NCBI GenBank assembly: GCA_046329775.1
Contig: JAXLTX010000004.1
Coordinates: 152,968-216,967, forward strand
Direction of reading: 5' to 3'
Origin: Chitinophagales bacterium
Lineage (GTDB): Bacteria > Bacteroidota > Bacteroidia > Chitinophagales > JADIYW01
DNA length: 64,000 bases
A program made the position numbers and the translations under genes. The notes under the pieces were generated by a model. It did not search any database, was not told the origin of the DNA, and worked only from the letters and a program-made list of their open reading frames with translations. How positions within the stretch are numbered: position 1 is the stretch's first letter; every line of letters begins with the position of its first letter. Shown here piece after piece: positions 45,979 to 55,959 of the stretch.

Positions 45979-46914
45979 TCAGTTCTTGCCTATCTGCTTG
46001 TATTTATCGCCGTTTATCGGATCCAGCGTCGACAGCAGCTGTATAGCGATGGTGCGTTCTGTCATATCGCTTTTAGAGTAGATATTAATCAGTTCGGCAC
46101 TTTTAGACAGGAAGAAATTTCTCAGCGGCAATAAACCCGGATTATCCGCATTGATATTTTGCAACAGGGTTAAACAAGTGGTAATGGCACTTCGGCCTTG
46201 TGAAGCATCGCCGTACATTCTGTCCAATCCGTTAAAATGATAAGTATAGAATACTGTCCTTAAATCTTTATAACGCGGATTCAGCCAATTGTCCACCATC
46301 ACCAGACGGTTGATGGTTCCTGTTGTAAAACTGACACCGCCATCAAACTGACTCCAACCTTTGTATTTTGATTTTTCATTTGAAGGCACATTAAAACATA
46401 CCGTCTGGGCACGTTGAAAATAAATGGTACCACCTTCCTTTCCGAAAGACTCATAATCATAAGCCAGGATCAGATAGGCATAATAAGCACACAGAGAGGT
46501 TAGCTGAGAAGTGTAACCATTATCATTATAATCCAGATTTTGCAAGTCTGCATAGGCAAAATCAAAGGATTTATCCTGCAGGTTCAGCAACATGGAACTC
46601 AGATTTGTGTTATACACAGGGCGTTGTGACTGAATGATGGCTGTCGCCTTGTATTCGCCTTCTGTTGGAATTTCCGTTATATTGATAACGATATTGCATT
46701 TGATGCGTTCCTGATCCTTGAAATTATCATTCGTCCATTTTCTGCCATTGAGGAATTCACGGATGGAAGTTTCCATATTTTTAAAAATCTGCGGATCGAT
46801 GTTCTGATTTTTCGGGGCATTTACAGATACCGTACAATTCAATTCCTGCGCGGATAAACGACTATTCGTAAAGAACAAAATGGCAATCGATATCAATACT
46901 GTTATTTTCTTCAT
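45979..46914 (-). CDS. DUF4835-family protein (annotated as T9SS PorD in some databases)
   Basis: 311 aa with a signal peptide and then AQELNCTVSVNAPK...FKNMETSIREFLNGRKWTNDNF. It holds the conserved position between coaBC and recN seen in Bacteroidota. Family assignment is from memory. Confidence 0.7.
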   Translation of the reverse strand: MKKITVLISIAILFFTNSRLSAQELNCTVSVNAPKNQNIDPQIFKNMETSIREFLNGRKWTNDNFKDQERIKCNIVINITEIPTEGEYKATAIIQSQRPVYNTNLSSMLLNLQDKSFDFAYADLQNLDYNDNGYTSQLTSLCAYYAYLILAYDYESFGKEGGTIYFQRAQTVCFNVPSNEKSKYKGWSQFDGGVSFTTGTINRLVMVDNWLNPRYKDLRTVFYTYHFNGLDRMYGDASQGRSAITTCLTLLQNINADNPGLLPLRNFFLSKSAELINIYSKSDMTERTIAIQLLSTLDPINGDKYKQIGKN

Positions 46915-48116
46915 TTCAATAATCCTTCAATAGATTTTACAATATCCTCCGCCACTTCTCCTTTATTCTTTAACTCGAATTTAGTGATTTTATTGTTACG
47001 ATTCACAATCGTTATCTTATTCGTATTAAACTGAAATCCGGCACCCTTATCGTTCAGCGAATTCAATACCACGATGTCAAAATTCTTCTTTGCCAACTTT
47101 GCCTTAGCATGTTTCAGTTCATCATTGGTCTCCAGCGCAAAGCCTACAGACAACTGATTTCCTTTCTTTATCTTTCCGAATTCATGGGCGATATCTACAT
47201 TTTTCTTTAAGACAATCGAAAACTCGGCATCGCTTTTCTTGATTTTCTGATTGGAAACCGTTTTGGGCGTATAATCTGCTACCGCGGCGGCAAACACACA
47301 AATGTCTGCTTTGGCAAATTCCTTCTTGCAGACGGCATACATCTCATTGGCGGAAAATACGCGGGATACTTTAATACCCTCTTTTACTGTCAGTTTGGAA
47401 GGGCCCAATACCAGATGAACATTCGCACCCAAATTGTGTAAATGTTCTGCCAATGCAACGCCCATTTTCCCCGAGGAATGATTTCCGATGAAACGCACCG
47501 GATCGATGGCCTCATAGGTTGGTCCGGCGGTAACCAGGATTCTTTTATTGATGAATTTGGAATCTTGATGCTTGATGCTTGACTGCTGATTCAAAAAATC
47601 AACTATCTGTTCCGGTTCGGCCATCCTGCCTTCGCCTATCAAGCCGCTGGCCAATTCTCCGGCATTTACCGAAATCACTTTATTGCCGAAGGACTGAATC
47701 TTTTGCAGATTGCTTTTGGTAGAAGCATGCTTCCACATATCATCATCCATCGCCGGTGCAATGTAAACCGGGCAGCGAGCCGAAAGGTAAACGGCCATCA
47801 GCAGATTATCGCACAGGCCGTTGGCGATTTTAGAAATGGTTCCGGCTGAAGCAGGAGCAATGAGCATCATATCAGCCCAAAGTGCCAAGTCTACGTGGTT
47901 ATTCCAGTTGGTTTTGGTTGAATTAATATAATCCACCTGACACTCATTTTTGGAGAGCGTGGCCATGGTGAGCGGGGAGATGAATTCAGTTGCAGCCTTT
48001 GTCATGATGACTTTTACCTGCGCGCCTTCCTTGACCAATAAGCGCACTAAAAAAGCTGCCTTGTAGGCAGCTATACTTCCACAAACAGCGAGTAAAACCT
48101 TTTTATCTTTCAGCAT
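46911..48116 (-). CDS. coaBC: bifunctional phosphopantothenoylcysteine decarboxylase / phosphopantothenate--cysteine ligase
   Basis: 401 aa with an N-terminal flavoprotein domain (LLAVCGSIAAYKA, APAMDDDMW) and a C-terminal ligase domain (ILVTAGPTYEAIDPVRFIGNHSSGKMG). Confidence 0.95.
   Translation of the reverse strand: MLKDKKVLLAVCGSIAAYKAAFLVRLLVKEGAQVKVIMTKAATEFISPLTMATLSKNECQVDYINSTKTNWNNHVDLALWADMMLIAPASAGTISKIANGLCDNLLMAVYLSARCPVYIAPAMDDDMWKHASTKSNLQKIQSFGNKVISVNAGELASGLIGEGRMAEPEQIVDFLNQQSSIKHQDSKFINKRILVTAGPTYEAIDPVRFIGNHSSGKMGVALAEHLHNLGANVHLVLGPSKLTVKEGIKVSRVFSANEMYAVCKKEFAKADICVFAAAVADYTPKTVSNQKIKKSDAEFSIVLKKNVDIAHEFGKIKKGNQLSVGFALETNDELKHAKAKLAKKNFDIVVLNSLNDKGAGFQFNTNKITIVNRNNKITKFELKNKGEVAEDIVKSIEGLLK
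47564..47591. repeat. heptamer array CTTGATG CTTGATG CTTGACT GCTGATT inside the coaBC interdomain linker
   Basis: Read directly. It encodes NQQSSIKHQDS between the CoaC and CoaB domains. Confidence 0.8.
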
Positions 48117-48170
48117 TGTTCGTGTATTTAGTTAACGATTAAGAATTCAGTTAACAACTTACATCCTTAA

Positions 48171-48503
48171 TTATTTGTTCTCTTTGTCTTTGAAGTACGT
48201 TTCGTCGGTCAGAAACTCCTGCAATGCCATGATGGTTGTTTTTGGCAATTTCTCATAATAACGGGAAATCTCAATCTGCTCGCGGTTTTCAAAAACCTCT
48301 TCCAGGTTGTCGGTTGCGGAAGCAAACTCTTCCAATTTACGATGCAACTCTTCTTTCAATTTAGAGTTCATCTGATTGGATCGCGCTGAGATTACATTGA
48401 TGGATTTGTATAAATTTCCTGTTTTGGCAGTCAATTCATCTAGATTTCTCGTTTCAATGTAAGCGGATGTCGCTTTTCCTTCTTCTTTTTTAACGTTTGA
48501 CAT
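48171..48503 (-). CDS. rpoZ: DNA-directed RNA polymerase subunit omega (Bacteroidota long form)
   Basis: 110 aa with the NLYKSINVISARSNQMN core, in the conserved position between bamD and coaBC. Confidence 0.8.
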   Translation of the reverse strand: MSNVKKEEGKATSAYIETRNLDELTAKTGNLYKSINVISARSNQMNSKLKEELHRKLEEFASATDNLEEVFENREQIEISRYYEKLPKTTIMALQEFLTDETYFKDKENK

Positions 48504-48508
48504 ATTTT

Positions 48509-49303
48509 CTACTTTTTACTTTTTTTCCTATTTGATTTTTGCATCTTTTCCAGTTCAGTCAGATATTCGCTGTTTGGATATTTTGATTTAAAAGCCTCAA
48601 ATGCTTTGCTCGCAGCCGCCAATCGTTCTTCCTGTTTGTCTCGGTAACTGCCGTCTGCGTATTTCTTCAGTGATTTTACGACCAGATATTCCACTTTTTC
48701 CGGATGGTCATACTCCGGATATTCTTTCAGGAAAGTTCCGAGTGCAACCGCTGCAGCATTATATTGCCCTATTTTGTAGTAAAGATAAGCACTTTCGTAG
48801 GATTTTTTACGCAATTTACCCCTTAATTCATCAATTTTTGAATTGGCAAGCTCCATTCTGGTGCTTTTAGGGTATCTGTTCACAAATTCCTGAAATCCGT
48901 CGATTGCTTTCTGGGTGCTGGTTTGCTCCAGCGAATAACGTGGAGACTGCTTAAGATAGCACATCGCCTCATCAAAGGCGGCCTGTTCGGCATTTTCACT
49001 GGCCGGGTAGGTATTGTAGAAACTGCGCAAATAGAATGCCGCCAGTTCATAATTTCCGTTCAGATAGTGGGCGTTAGCATATTTATAGTAGATATCATCC
49101 ACACTTTTCTGTCCTTTAAGGACAGTCAGCAACTGCTCATAAACAGGAATCGCTTTCTCGTATTTCTTTTTTGCATACAACTGGTCCGCCAGTTTCAGTT
49201 TGGCTTCCATGTCATTGCCTTTGAATACTTTGTCGTATTGGCGGCTACAGGAAGCTAAGACAGATACAAACAGTAAAAGATATAGTGATTTCTTAAAAAA
49301 CAT
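48509..49303 (-). CDS. bamD: outer membrane protein assembly factor BamD (TPR lipoprotein)
   Basis: 264 aa with the lipobox LASCS and TPR repeats (YAKKKYEKAIPVYEQLL, YLNGNYELAAFYLRSF, YYKIGQYNAA). Confidence 0.85.
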   Translation of the reverse strand: MFFKKSLYLLLFVSVLASCSRQYDKVFKGNDMEAKLKLADQLYAKKKYEKAIPVYEQLLTVLKGQKSVDDIYYKYANAHYLNGNYELAAFYLRSFYNTYPASENAEQAAFDEAMCYLKQSPRYSLEQTSTQKAIDGFQEFVNRYPKSTRMELANSKIDELRGKLRKKSYESAYLYYKIGQYNAAAVALGTFLKEYPEYDHPEKVEYLVVKSLKKYADGSYRDKQEERLAAASKAFEAFKSKYPNSEYLTELEKMQKSNRKKSKK

Positions 49304-49310
49304 AAGTCCG

Positions 49311-49318
49311 CAAAGATA
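49311..49318 (-). promoter_or_regulatory. -7 box TATCTTTG, 7 nt upstream of the bamD ATG
   Basis: Minus strand reads TATCTTTG-cggactt-ATG. Likely promoter of the bamD-rpoZ-coaBC-DUF4835 string. Confidence 0.45.
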
Positions 49319-49474
49319 GACATAAATTTGAAAATGTAAGAATCTGTGCGGGCTATTTCAGGCTAAAAATGCTTATAAATGCCTGATTTGATGTTAATTT
49401 AGTTTAAAATTGAAATATCTAACAGGAAAAATAATCTGTTTATATTGTTTTACTGAAAATTCGGTGGAGTTTTT

Positions 49475-49482
49475 TACTTTTA
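49475..49482 (+). promoter_or_regulatory. -7-like box TACTTTTA, 4 nt upstream of the thyA ATG
   Basis: TACTTTTA-cttc-ATG. Confidence 0.45.
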
Positions 49483-49486
49483 CTTC

Positions 49487-50368
49487 ATGCAACAATACCA
49501 GCAGTTTTTACAACATATTTTAGATAAAGGCACTAAAAAAGAAGACAGAACCGGCACGGGAACCGTCAGCGTGTTTGGCTACCAGATGCGTTTTGATTTG
49601 AAGGAAGGTTTTCCTTTGGTAACGACTAAAAAACTACATCTAAAATCGATTGTGTACGAATTACTTTGGTTTATTGCCGGCGATACCAATATTCAGTATT
49701 TATGCAAAAACGGCTGTAATATCTGGAACGACTGGCCTTTTGCCAAATACCAGAAAAGCGAAGCCTATCAGGGCGAAACCATGAAAGAGTTTGCGGCAAA
49801 AATTGCAAACGATGATGTTTTTGCCAAACAATACGGCGAGCTTGGGCCTGTGTATGGCTATCAGTGGCGGCACTGGCCGGATGGCAAAGGCGGTGAAATC
49901 GACCAGCTTTCCAATCTCATCCATCATTTAATAAACAATCCGGATTCGCGTCGGCATATCATTTCTGCCTGGAATGTGGCCGATATCGAAGACATGACCT
50001 TGCCACCGTGCCATACGTTGTTTCAGTTTTATGTAATAGACAATAAATTGTCGTGTCAGTTATACCAACGCAGTGCGGATGCCTTTTTGGGCGTCCCCTT
50101 CAACATCGCTTCGTATGCTTTATTTACAATGATGATTGCACAGGTGTGCAACTTCGAACTAGGAGATTTTGTACACACCTTCGGCGATGCGCATATCTAC
50201 AGCAATCACATCGAACAGGTGCAACTGCAACTGAGCCGCGAACCTTATCCATTGCCACAACTGAAAATAAATTCTGAAATAAAGTCCATTTTTGATTTCA
50301 AATACGAAGACTTTGAGCTAATCAATTACCAAAGTCATCCGCATATTAAAGGGGATGTAGCCGTCTGA
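49487..50368 (+). CDS. thyA: thymidylate synthase
   Basis: 293 aa with DRTGTGT.SVFG, LPPCH.LFQFYV and [19 protein letters not shown]. Confidence 0.97.
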   Translation: MQQYQQFLQHILDKGTKKEDRTGTGTVSVFGYQMRFDLKEGFPLVTTKKLHLKSIVYELLWFIAGDTNIQYLCKNGCNIWNDWPFAKYQKSEAYQGETMKEFAAKIANDDVFAKQYGELGPVYGYQWRHWPDGKGGEIDQLSNLIHHLINNPDSRRHIISAWNVADIEDMTLPPCHTLFQFYVIDNKLSCQLYQRSADAFLGVPFNIASYALFTMMIAQVCNFELGDFVHTFGDAHIYSNHIEQVQLQLSREPYPLPQLKINSEIKSIFDFKYEDFELINYQSHPHIKGDVAV

Positions 50369-50451
50369 ACATTTGGAATGCCGAATCCTAAATCTTGGAT
50401 TAATTGTATATTGCACTGATAATTCAACATTCACAACTCACAATTAATTAA

Positions 50452-50949
50452 ATGAAGATTTCCATCGTAGTAGCTGCAGCCGAAAACGGCGTCATTGGCA
50501 AAGACAACCAGTTGCTCTGGAAATTATCGTCCGACCTGAAACGATTCAAAAACATTACTTCGGGGCACTACATCCTGATGGGCAGAAAGACGTTCGAGTC
50601 GATTGGCAAACCATTACCCAACAGAACGTCCTTAATCATATCACGTAATTTTGAATGTGCTTTTGACAATTGTTTTGTATTCAACACCATCAACGATGCG
50701 ATTATTTTTGCCGCTCAGCAAGGACAGGGAGAGATTTTTGTTGTGGGTGGCGGTGAAATCTACAAACAAACATTGCCGTTGGCAAACACCATACATTTAA
50801 CCATCGTACATACCGAAATAGATGGTGATACGCATTTTGAATATGACGATTCCAACTGGAAAGTGCTGCATTCAGAATTTATTGAAAAAGACGAAAAGAA
50901 CGAATTTGACTCTACCTACATTATTTTGGAACGGGAACCTGCCAGATAA
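50452..50949 (+). CDS. folA: dihydrofolate reductase
   Basis: 165 aa with ISIVVAAAENGVIGKDNQLLW, MGRKTFESIGKPLPNR and VVGGGEIY. Confidence 0.93.
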   Translation: MKISIVVAAAENGVIGKDNQLLWKLSSDLKRFKNITSGHYILMGRKTFESIGKPLPNRTSLIISRNFECAFDNCFVFNTINDAIIFAAQQGQGEIFVVGGGEIYKQTLPLANTIHLTIVHTEIDGDTHFEYDDSNWKVLHSEFIEKDEKNEFDSTYIILEREPAR

Positions 50950-50970
50950 ACTATCTTAAGAATACTTCCT

Positions 50971-50978
50971 TAACTTTG
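50971..50978 (+). promoter_or_regulatory. -7 box TAACTTTG upstream of ATG 51012 (33 nt)
   Basis: Exact TAnnTTTG match. Confidence 0.4.
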
Positions 50979-51011
50979 ACCATTTCTGATTTGCCATAAA
51001 AAAACAGTCCG

Positions 51012-52202
51012 ATGCCTGATTATCCTGTTATACAATTAAAGAAAGATAAAGAACGCTCCGTACAACGCTTTCACCCCTGGATCTTTTCAGGAGCATTACT
51101 ATCTTTTGACGTCACAAATCTGAAAGACGGCGACCTGGTGGAAGTACAGGATTTCAGGGGCAATTTTCTTTGCATAGGACATTTCTACCACGGAAGTATT
51201 GCCGTTAAGATTTTAAGTTTCACAAAAGAAAGCATCAATCAGGATTTCTGGAACAACAAAATAAAGCAAGCTTTTTTATTGCGTAAGACATTAGGTTTCA
51301 TTGATAATAAAAACACCAACTGCTTTCGTTTAATCCATGCGGAAGGCGATAACTGCCCGGGACTGATTATCGATATTTATGATACCACGGCGGTAATACA
51401 GTGCCACTCTATTGGCATGCACCGCTGCATAAATGAACTAAAAAACGCCGTTCTTCAAGAGGTAAATTTTATTGATACGATATACGACAAAAGCGCGGCG
51501 TATTTACCAAAAGAATATGCCGAAACCATCGAAAACACTTATTTGACGAACAATGCGAAAGAAATCATTGCCATAGAAAATGGCAACAGGTTTTTGATTG
51601 ATATAGAACATGGGCAGAAGACGGGTTTCTTTTTAGACCAGCGTGAGAACCGGAACTTACTGGCACAATATGCGAAGGGTAAATCGGTGCTGAACACCTA
51701 TTGCTACAGCGGCGGCTTTTCCATATATGCGCTGAATAATGCTGCCAGAGAGGTGGTATCCGTTGACAGTTCAAAGACCGCTATGGAATTGGTGGATAAA
51801 AATGTTGCGATGAATTTTAGCACTGAGGACATTCATCATCAATCTGTTTGCGACGATGTGTTTCATTACTTCAGGACCTCCGGGCAGCTCTTTGACATCA
51901 TTATTCTGGACCCACCGGCGTTTGCCAAAAACATAGCCAAACGACACAATGCGGTGCAGGCATACAAACGCCTCAATGCGGAAGGCTTCCGAAAAACCAA
52001 CAAGGGCGGCATCCTGTTTACTTTTTCCTGCTCACAGGTGGTCGATAAGGAATTATTCTATGCTACAGTGATGTCGGCTGCCATAGAAGCAAACCGCGAA
52101 GTAAAAATATTGCATTATCTATCTCAACCTGCCGATCACCCCATCAACATCTTCCATCCTGAAGGGGCCTACCTGAAGGGTCTTGTGCTATATGTAAATT
52201 GA
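51012..52202 (+). CDS. class I SAM-dependent rRNA methyltransferase (RlmI-like, PUA plus MTase)
   Basis: 396 aa with HPWIFSGAL, a PUA-like N-terminus, GQKTGFFLDQRENR and DIIILDPPAFAK. Confidence 0.85.
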   Translation: MPDYPVIQLKKDKERSVQRFHPWIFSGALLSFDVTNLKDGDLVEVQDFRGNFLCIGHFYHGSIAVKILSFTKESINQDFWNNKIKQAFLLRKTLGFIDNKNTNCFRLIHAEGDNCPGLIIDIYDTTAVIQCHSIGMHRCINELKNAVLQEVNFIDTIYDKSAAYLPKEYAETIENTYLTNNAKEIIAIENGNRFLIDIEHGQKTGFFLDQRENRNLLAQYAKGKSVLNTYCYSGGFSIYALNNAAREVVSVDSSKTAMELVDKNVAMNFSTEDIHHQSVCDDVFHYFRTSGQLFDIIILDPPAFAKNIAKRHNAVQAYKRLNAEGFRKTNKGGILFTFSCSQVVDKELFYATVMSAAIEANREVKILHYLSQPADHPINIFHPEGAYLKGLVLYVN

Positions 52203-52242
52203 ACAAATAGTTGTAATTTACGTTAAGGTAAAAATTATAGCT

Positions 52243-53529
52243 ATGAAAAAACTGTTGTATTACGGAGTTTTATCACTTTTCATATTAGCCTGTAAAAAAG
52301 AACATTCGGATGAAACACCCATTTCCGAACCTTCACCATCCGGCAAAACACCCGTCATTTTTGTCCACGGGTTTCTGGCCTCTGGAGACACCTACGAAAA
52401 ACAGGTAAAACGTTTCACCTCTAACGGTTATTCTCAGGCAGATTTATATACATTTGACTGGAACTCACTCGGCGGCACCAGCACACAGCAGGATTTGGAC
52501 AAACTTGTGAACGACATACTTGCAAAGACAGGGCAGACCAAAGTGCATCTGGTTGGCCACAGCGCAGGTACGGCAGTGGTGCAGGAATATGCCAGAAATC
52601 ACAGCAGCAAGGTAAAGTCGCTGGTCTTACTGGCCGGATTTCCACCGGATAGACAAGACAGCATTCCCATCCTGAATATATATTCCACCTTTGATTTTAT
52701 TGCCCGACTGGGGAAAGATGTTATTGGAGGAACCAACCTAAAACAAACGGATAAAGACCATTATCAGGTTGCCACCTGCAAGGAATCTTTTGAGGCTATG
52801 TACAAATTTTTCAATGAAGGCACTTCGCCAAGCAACTTAGAATACACAGCAGATGCAGATGTCATCCTATCCGGAAAAGCCGGTTCTTTTGGCGAGAACA
52901 AATTCCTGGCTAATACCGTTGTCGAAGTCTATAAGGTTGATGCCTCAACAGGATTTCGCTTAAGTTCTGCTCCCTTTAAAAAATTCTATACTGATGCCAA
53001 AGGTTTCTGGGGCCCTTTTCGTGGCAGTGCCGATACCTACTATGAGTTCGTGGTATATGACAATATAAGCGGCAGCAGAAAAGTACACTATTACAGAGAA
53101 CCATTTACGCGGAGTGACAAGCTGATTTATTTGAGAACCTTCCCAACCGGAGCCAGTATTGCCGGTTTATTTCTGGCTGCACTCCCGAAAGATGATGCAC
53201 AAGGTGTAACTGCATTTTTCGGTGCCAGCCAGGCCGCAGTAGCCGACAGGGATGTGTTAATCTTGGACGGAAACACATTATCCTCCAACACCTTCTGTTC
53301 TAAAGAAAATACGACGATTGCTTTGTTTGCCTATGATGACAACAAGAACAAGGTGACCAATATGACTACTATTGGCGCCTTCAACCTATTCCCATTTCTT
53401 AAAGGAGCTGACATCTACTTCCCGACCAGCAGCAGACAGACAATCACCATGTCATTAAATGGCAGGACATTGCATGCGACCAACTGGAAATCCAATACCG
53501 AAGGTGTGAATGTAATGGTGTTCGAGTAA
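52243..53529 (+). CDS. alpha/beta hydrolase lipoprotein (lipase class 2-like) with a C-terminal beta-rich domain
   Basis: Lipobox LACKK, PVIFVHGFLASGDTYEKQ and the nucleophile elbow LVGHSAG. Confidence 0.7.
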   Translation: MKKLLYYGVLSLFILACKKEHSDETPISEPSPSGKTPVIFVHGFLASGDTYEKQVKRFTSNGYSQADLYTFDWNSLGGTSTQQDLDKLVNDILAKTGQTKVHLVGHSAGTAVVQEYARNHSSKVKSLVLLAGFPPDRQDSIPILNIYSTFDFIARLGKDVIGGTNLKQTDKDHYQVATCKESFEAMYKFFNEGTSPSNLEYTADADVILSGKAGSFGENKFLANTVVEVYKVDASTGFRLSSAPFKKFYTDAKGFWGPFRGSADTYYEFVVYDNISGSRKVHYYREPFTRSDKLIYLRTFPTGASIAGLFLAALPKDDAQGVTAFFGASQAAVADRDVLILDGNTLSSNTFCSKENTTIALFAYDDNKNKVTNMTTIGAFNLFPFLKGADIYFPTSSRQTITMSLNGRTLHATNWKSNTEGVNVMVFE

Positions 53530-53563
53530 CAGCAACAAACAGTAAGCGTACTTTTCAGAAAAT

Positions 53564-53598
53564 AAATCTGAAATCGTAAATCTGAAATCGTAAATTTG
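53564..53598. repeat. five phased heptamers AAATCTG AAATCGT AAATCTG AAATCGT AAATTTG; the last unit is part of the rnpB -7 box
   Basis: Read directly (equivalently a 14-nt unit x2 plus the box). Confidence 0.9.
53591..53598 (+). promoter_or_regulatory. -7 box TAAATTTG, 4 nt upstream of the predicted RNase P RNA 5' end
   Basis: TAAATTTG-tatt-GCAGGTCG. Confidence 0.55.
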
Positions 53599-53602
53599 TA
53601 TT

Positions 53603-53911
53603 GCAGGTCGATCTATCGTGCTAAGCAATTAGTAAGGAAAGTCCGAACAGCACAGAGCAGTTTGACAGTTAACGGCTGTTTATCGGGCAACCGGTAAGGA
53701 AAGTGCCACAGAAAATAGTACAGGTAATGCTGTAGTGAAAATCGCTTTGTAGCAATACATTGCATAGGTAAACCCCAAACGCTGAAACATCATGTAAACC
53801 AACGCCTGATAGCTGCTCGCTAAAGTTGGTGGGTAGATGGATAGAGGCAATCAGCGATGATTGTCCCAGATAAATGATAGAGTAGAAACAGAATTCGGCT
53901 TATGAGCCTGC
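53603..53911 (+). ncRNA. rnpB: RNase P RNA (bacterial type A)
   Basis: Conserved blocks AAGGAAAGTCCGAAC, AAGGAAAGTGCCACAGAAAA, GGTAAACCCC and ACAGAATTCGGCTTAT. P1 pairing is GCAGG...CCTGC, followed by T6. The ends are approximate. Confidence 0.85.
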
Positions 53912-53974
53912 GTTTTTTGAGTTGTAAGTAGTAAGGAATTAGCAGTGCGTATTTTTTCCTTTTGCTTTTATTAT

Positions 53975-54514
53975 ATGAGTGAGATTATTGTCAGAAAACA
54001 TCCGGTTATTGAGGCGTTATTTGTTGCTTATTTGGATGTGCTGGCCAGCGACACGGAGAAATACAAAAACCATGTGTATCGCATTTTCAATTACAGTTTG
54101 TATTTAAGCAAAAATACAGCGAAAGAGAAATATGCGATTGCTGCTTTCTTTCACGACATCGGCATCTGGACGAATACGACTTTTGATTACCTGCAACCGT
54201 CCATCGCTTTAGTAAAAGAATACTTAATTCAGTCCGGAAAAGCAAATTGGTCAGAAGAAATTACAATAATGATAGACCAGCATCACAAAATAAGTTCTTA
54301 CAAAGGAAATTTCGCAACTACTGTAGAAATTTTCCGCAAAGCTGACTGGACCGATGTCTCTTTAGGCATTATACACTTCGAGATTCCGGCAACATTCATC
54401 CAACAGATAAAGACTCAATTCCCATATAAAGGATTTCATCTTTTTCTGATAAAATTATTTTTCAAAAACCTCCTCCGGCATCCGTTAAAACCTTTGCCGA
54501 TGTTTAAAAGGTAA
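53975..54514 (+). CDS. HD domain-containing protein
   Basis: H...FFHDIGIW...DQHHK metal-binding pattern. Start at ATG 53975 (track: 53945). Confidence 0.75.
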   Translation: MSEIIVRKHPVIEALFVAYLDVLASDTEKYKNHVYRIFNYSLYLSKNTAKEKYAIAAFFHDIGIWTNTTFDYLQPSIALVKEYLIQSGKANWSEEITIMIDQHHKISSYKGNFATTVEIFRKADWTDVSLGIIHFEIPATFIQQIKTQFPYKGFHLFLIKLFFKNLLRHPLKPLPMFKR

Positions 54515-54602
54515 AAGCAACTGTTTTTGTATATTTACGCTTAGAAATGTGGTACAAATTTTGTTACTTACCACTTAATTACTTACGACTTAACACTAGT
54601 AT

Positions 54603-55958
54603 ATGCCAAAGATTTTAATTGTTGATGATGAGAAAGCCATCCGAAGAACTTTAAAAGAAATTTTAGAGTACGAAAAATATGATATTGAAGAAGCGGAAGA
54701 CGGCGAAATCGGTTTGGAGAAAATCGAAAAAAACAATTACGATGTCGTCATCCTCGATATTAAAATGCCAAAAAAAGATGGGCTGGAAGTATTGACAGAA
54801 ATGCAGCAGAAAGGCATTGACACGCCGGTGATTGTATTATCAGGACACGGCAACATTGAAACGGCGGTGGAAGCAGTAAAAAAAGGTGCTTTCGATTACA
54901 TTCCAAAACCACCGGATCTGAATCGCTTATTGATTACGGTTCGTAATGCGATGGATAAAGTTTCCCTGGTAACGGAAACAAAAATCCTTAAAAAGAAAAT
55001 TGCAAAGTCCAAAGATATCGTGGGTGAATCCAACCCGATTGTAAAAATAAAAGAAACGATTGCAAAAGTAGCACCCACCGAAGCGCGTGTATTGATTACC
55101 GGTGATAACGGTTCCGGAAAGGAATTAGTGGCGCGCTGGCTGCACGAACAAAGCAACCGTGCCAACGGACCTTTGGTAGAAGTGAACTGCGCAGCGATTC
55201 CATCAGAGTTGATTGAAAGCGAATTATTCGGCCATGAAAAAGGTGCCTTTACTTCGGCCATAAAACAACGTATCGGAAAATTTGAACAAGCAAACGGCGG
55301 CACGCTATTTCTGGATGAAATCGGTGATATGAGTTTGTCCGCGCAGGCGAAAGTGTTGCGCGCTTTGCAGGAAAATAAAATCACGAAAGTTGGCGGCGAC
55401 AAAGAAGAAAAAGTAGATGTGCGCGTGGTGGCTGCCACCAATAAAGATTTATTAAAAGAAGTGGAAGAAAACCGCTTCCGTATGGACTTGTATCACCGTT
55501 TGAGTGTGATATTGATTCATGTACCATCGTTGAATGAACGCAAGGATGATATTCCGGTGCTGGCAGATCATTTCTTAAACGAGATATGCGGCGACTATGG
55601 AATTCCGGTAAAGAAAATTGAAAAAGATGCCCTGGAAAGTTTGCAGGCGCGCAACTGGACAGGAAACATCCGCGAACTCAGAAACGTAGTGGAACGTCTT
55701 GTTATTATGAGCGAAAAAACCATTACCAAACAGGATGTGATTGATTATTCCGGACCAAGTTCGAAAGCAGAAAACAAAGGCATCGACTTTGACAAATTCG
55801 CGAACCTGCAGCAACTGAACGATTATGTGGAACGCAGTTTTATTGAAAATAAATTAGATAAAAATAGCTGGAACGTCAGCAAAACTGCCGATGACATTGG
55901 CATAAGCAAAAAAGCACTGGAAGAGAAGTTGGAAAGCTTGGGATTGAAGAAGCGATAA
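54603..55958 (+). CDS. sigma-54-dependent response regulator (NtrC family: REC, AAA+, HTH)
   Basis: 451 aa with the REC domain ILIVDDE...VILDIKMP, Walker A GDNGSGKE, the GAFTSA loop (ESELFGHEKGAFTSA) and a C-terminal Fis-type HTH. Confidence 0.9.
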   Translation: MPKILIVDDEKAIRRTLKEILEYEKYDIEEAEDGEIGLEKIEKNNYDVVILDIKMPKKDGLEVLTEMQQKGIDTPVIVLSGHGNIETAVEAVKKGAFDYIPKPPDLNRLLITVRNAMDKVSLVTETKILKKKIAKSKDIVGESNPIVKIKETIAKVAPTEARVLITGDNGSGKELVARWLHEQSNRANGPLVEVNCAAIPSELIESELFGHEKGAFTSAIKQRIGKFEQANGGTLFLDEIGDMSLSAQAKVLRALQENKITKVGGDKEEKVDVRVVAATNKDLLKEVEENRFRMDLYHRLSVILIHVPSLNERKDDIPVLADHFLNEICGDYGIPVKKIEKDALESLQARNWTGNIRELRNVVERLVIMSEKTITKQDVIDYSGPSSKAENKGIDFDKFANLQQLNDYVERSFIENKLDKNSWNVSKTADDIGISKKALEEKLESLGLKKR

Positions 55959-55959
55959 A

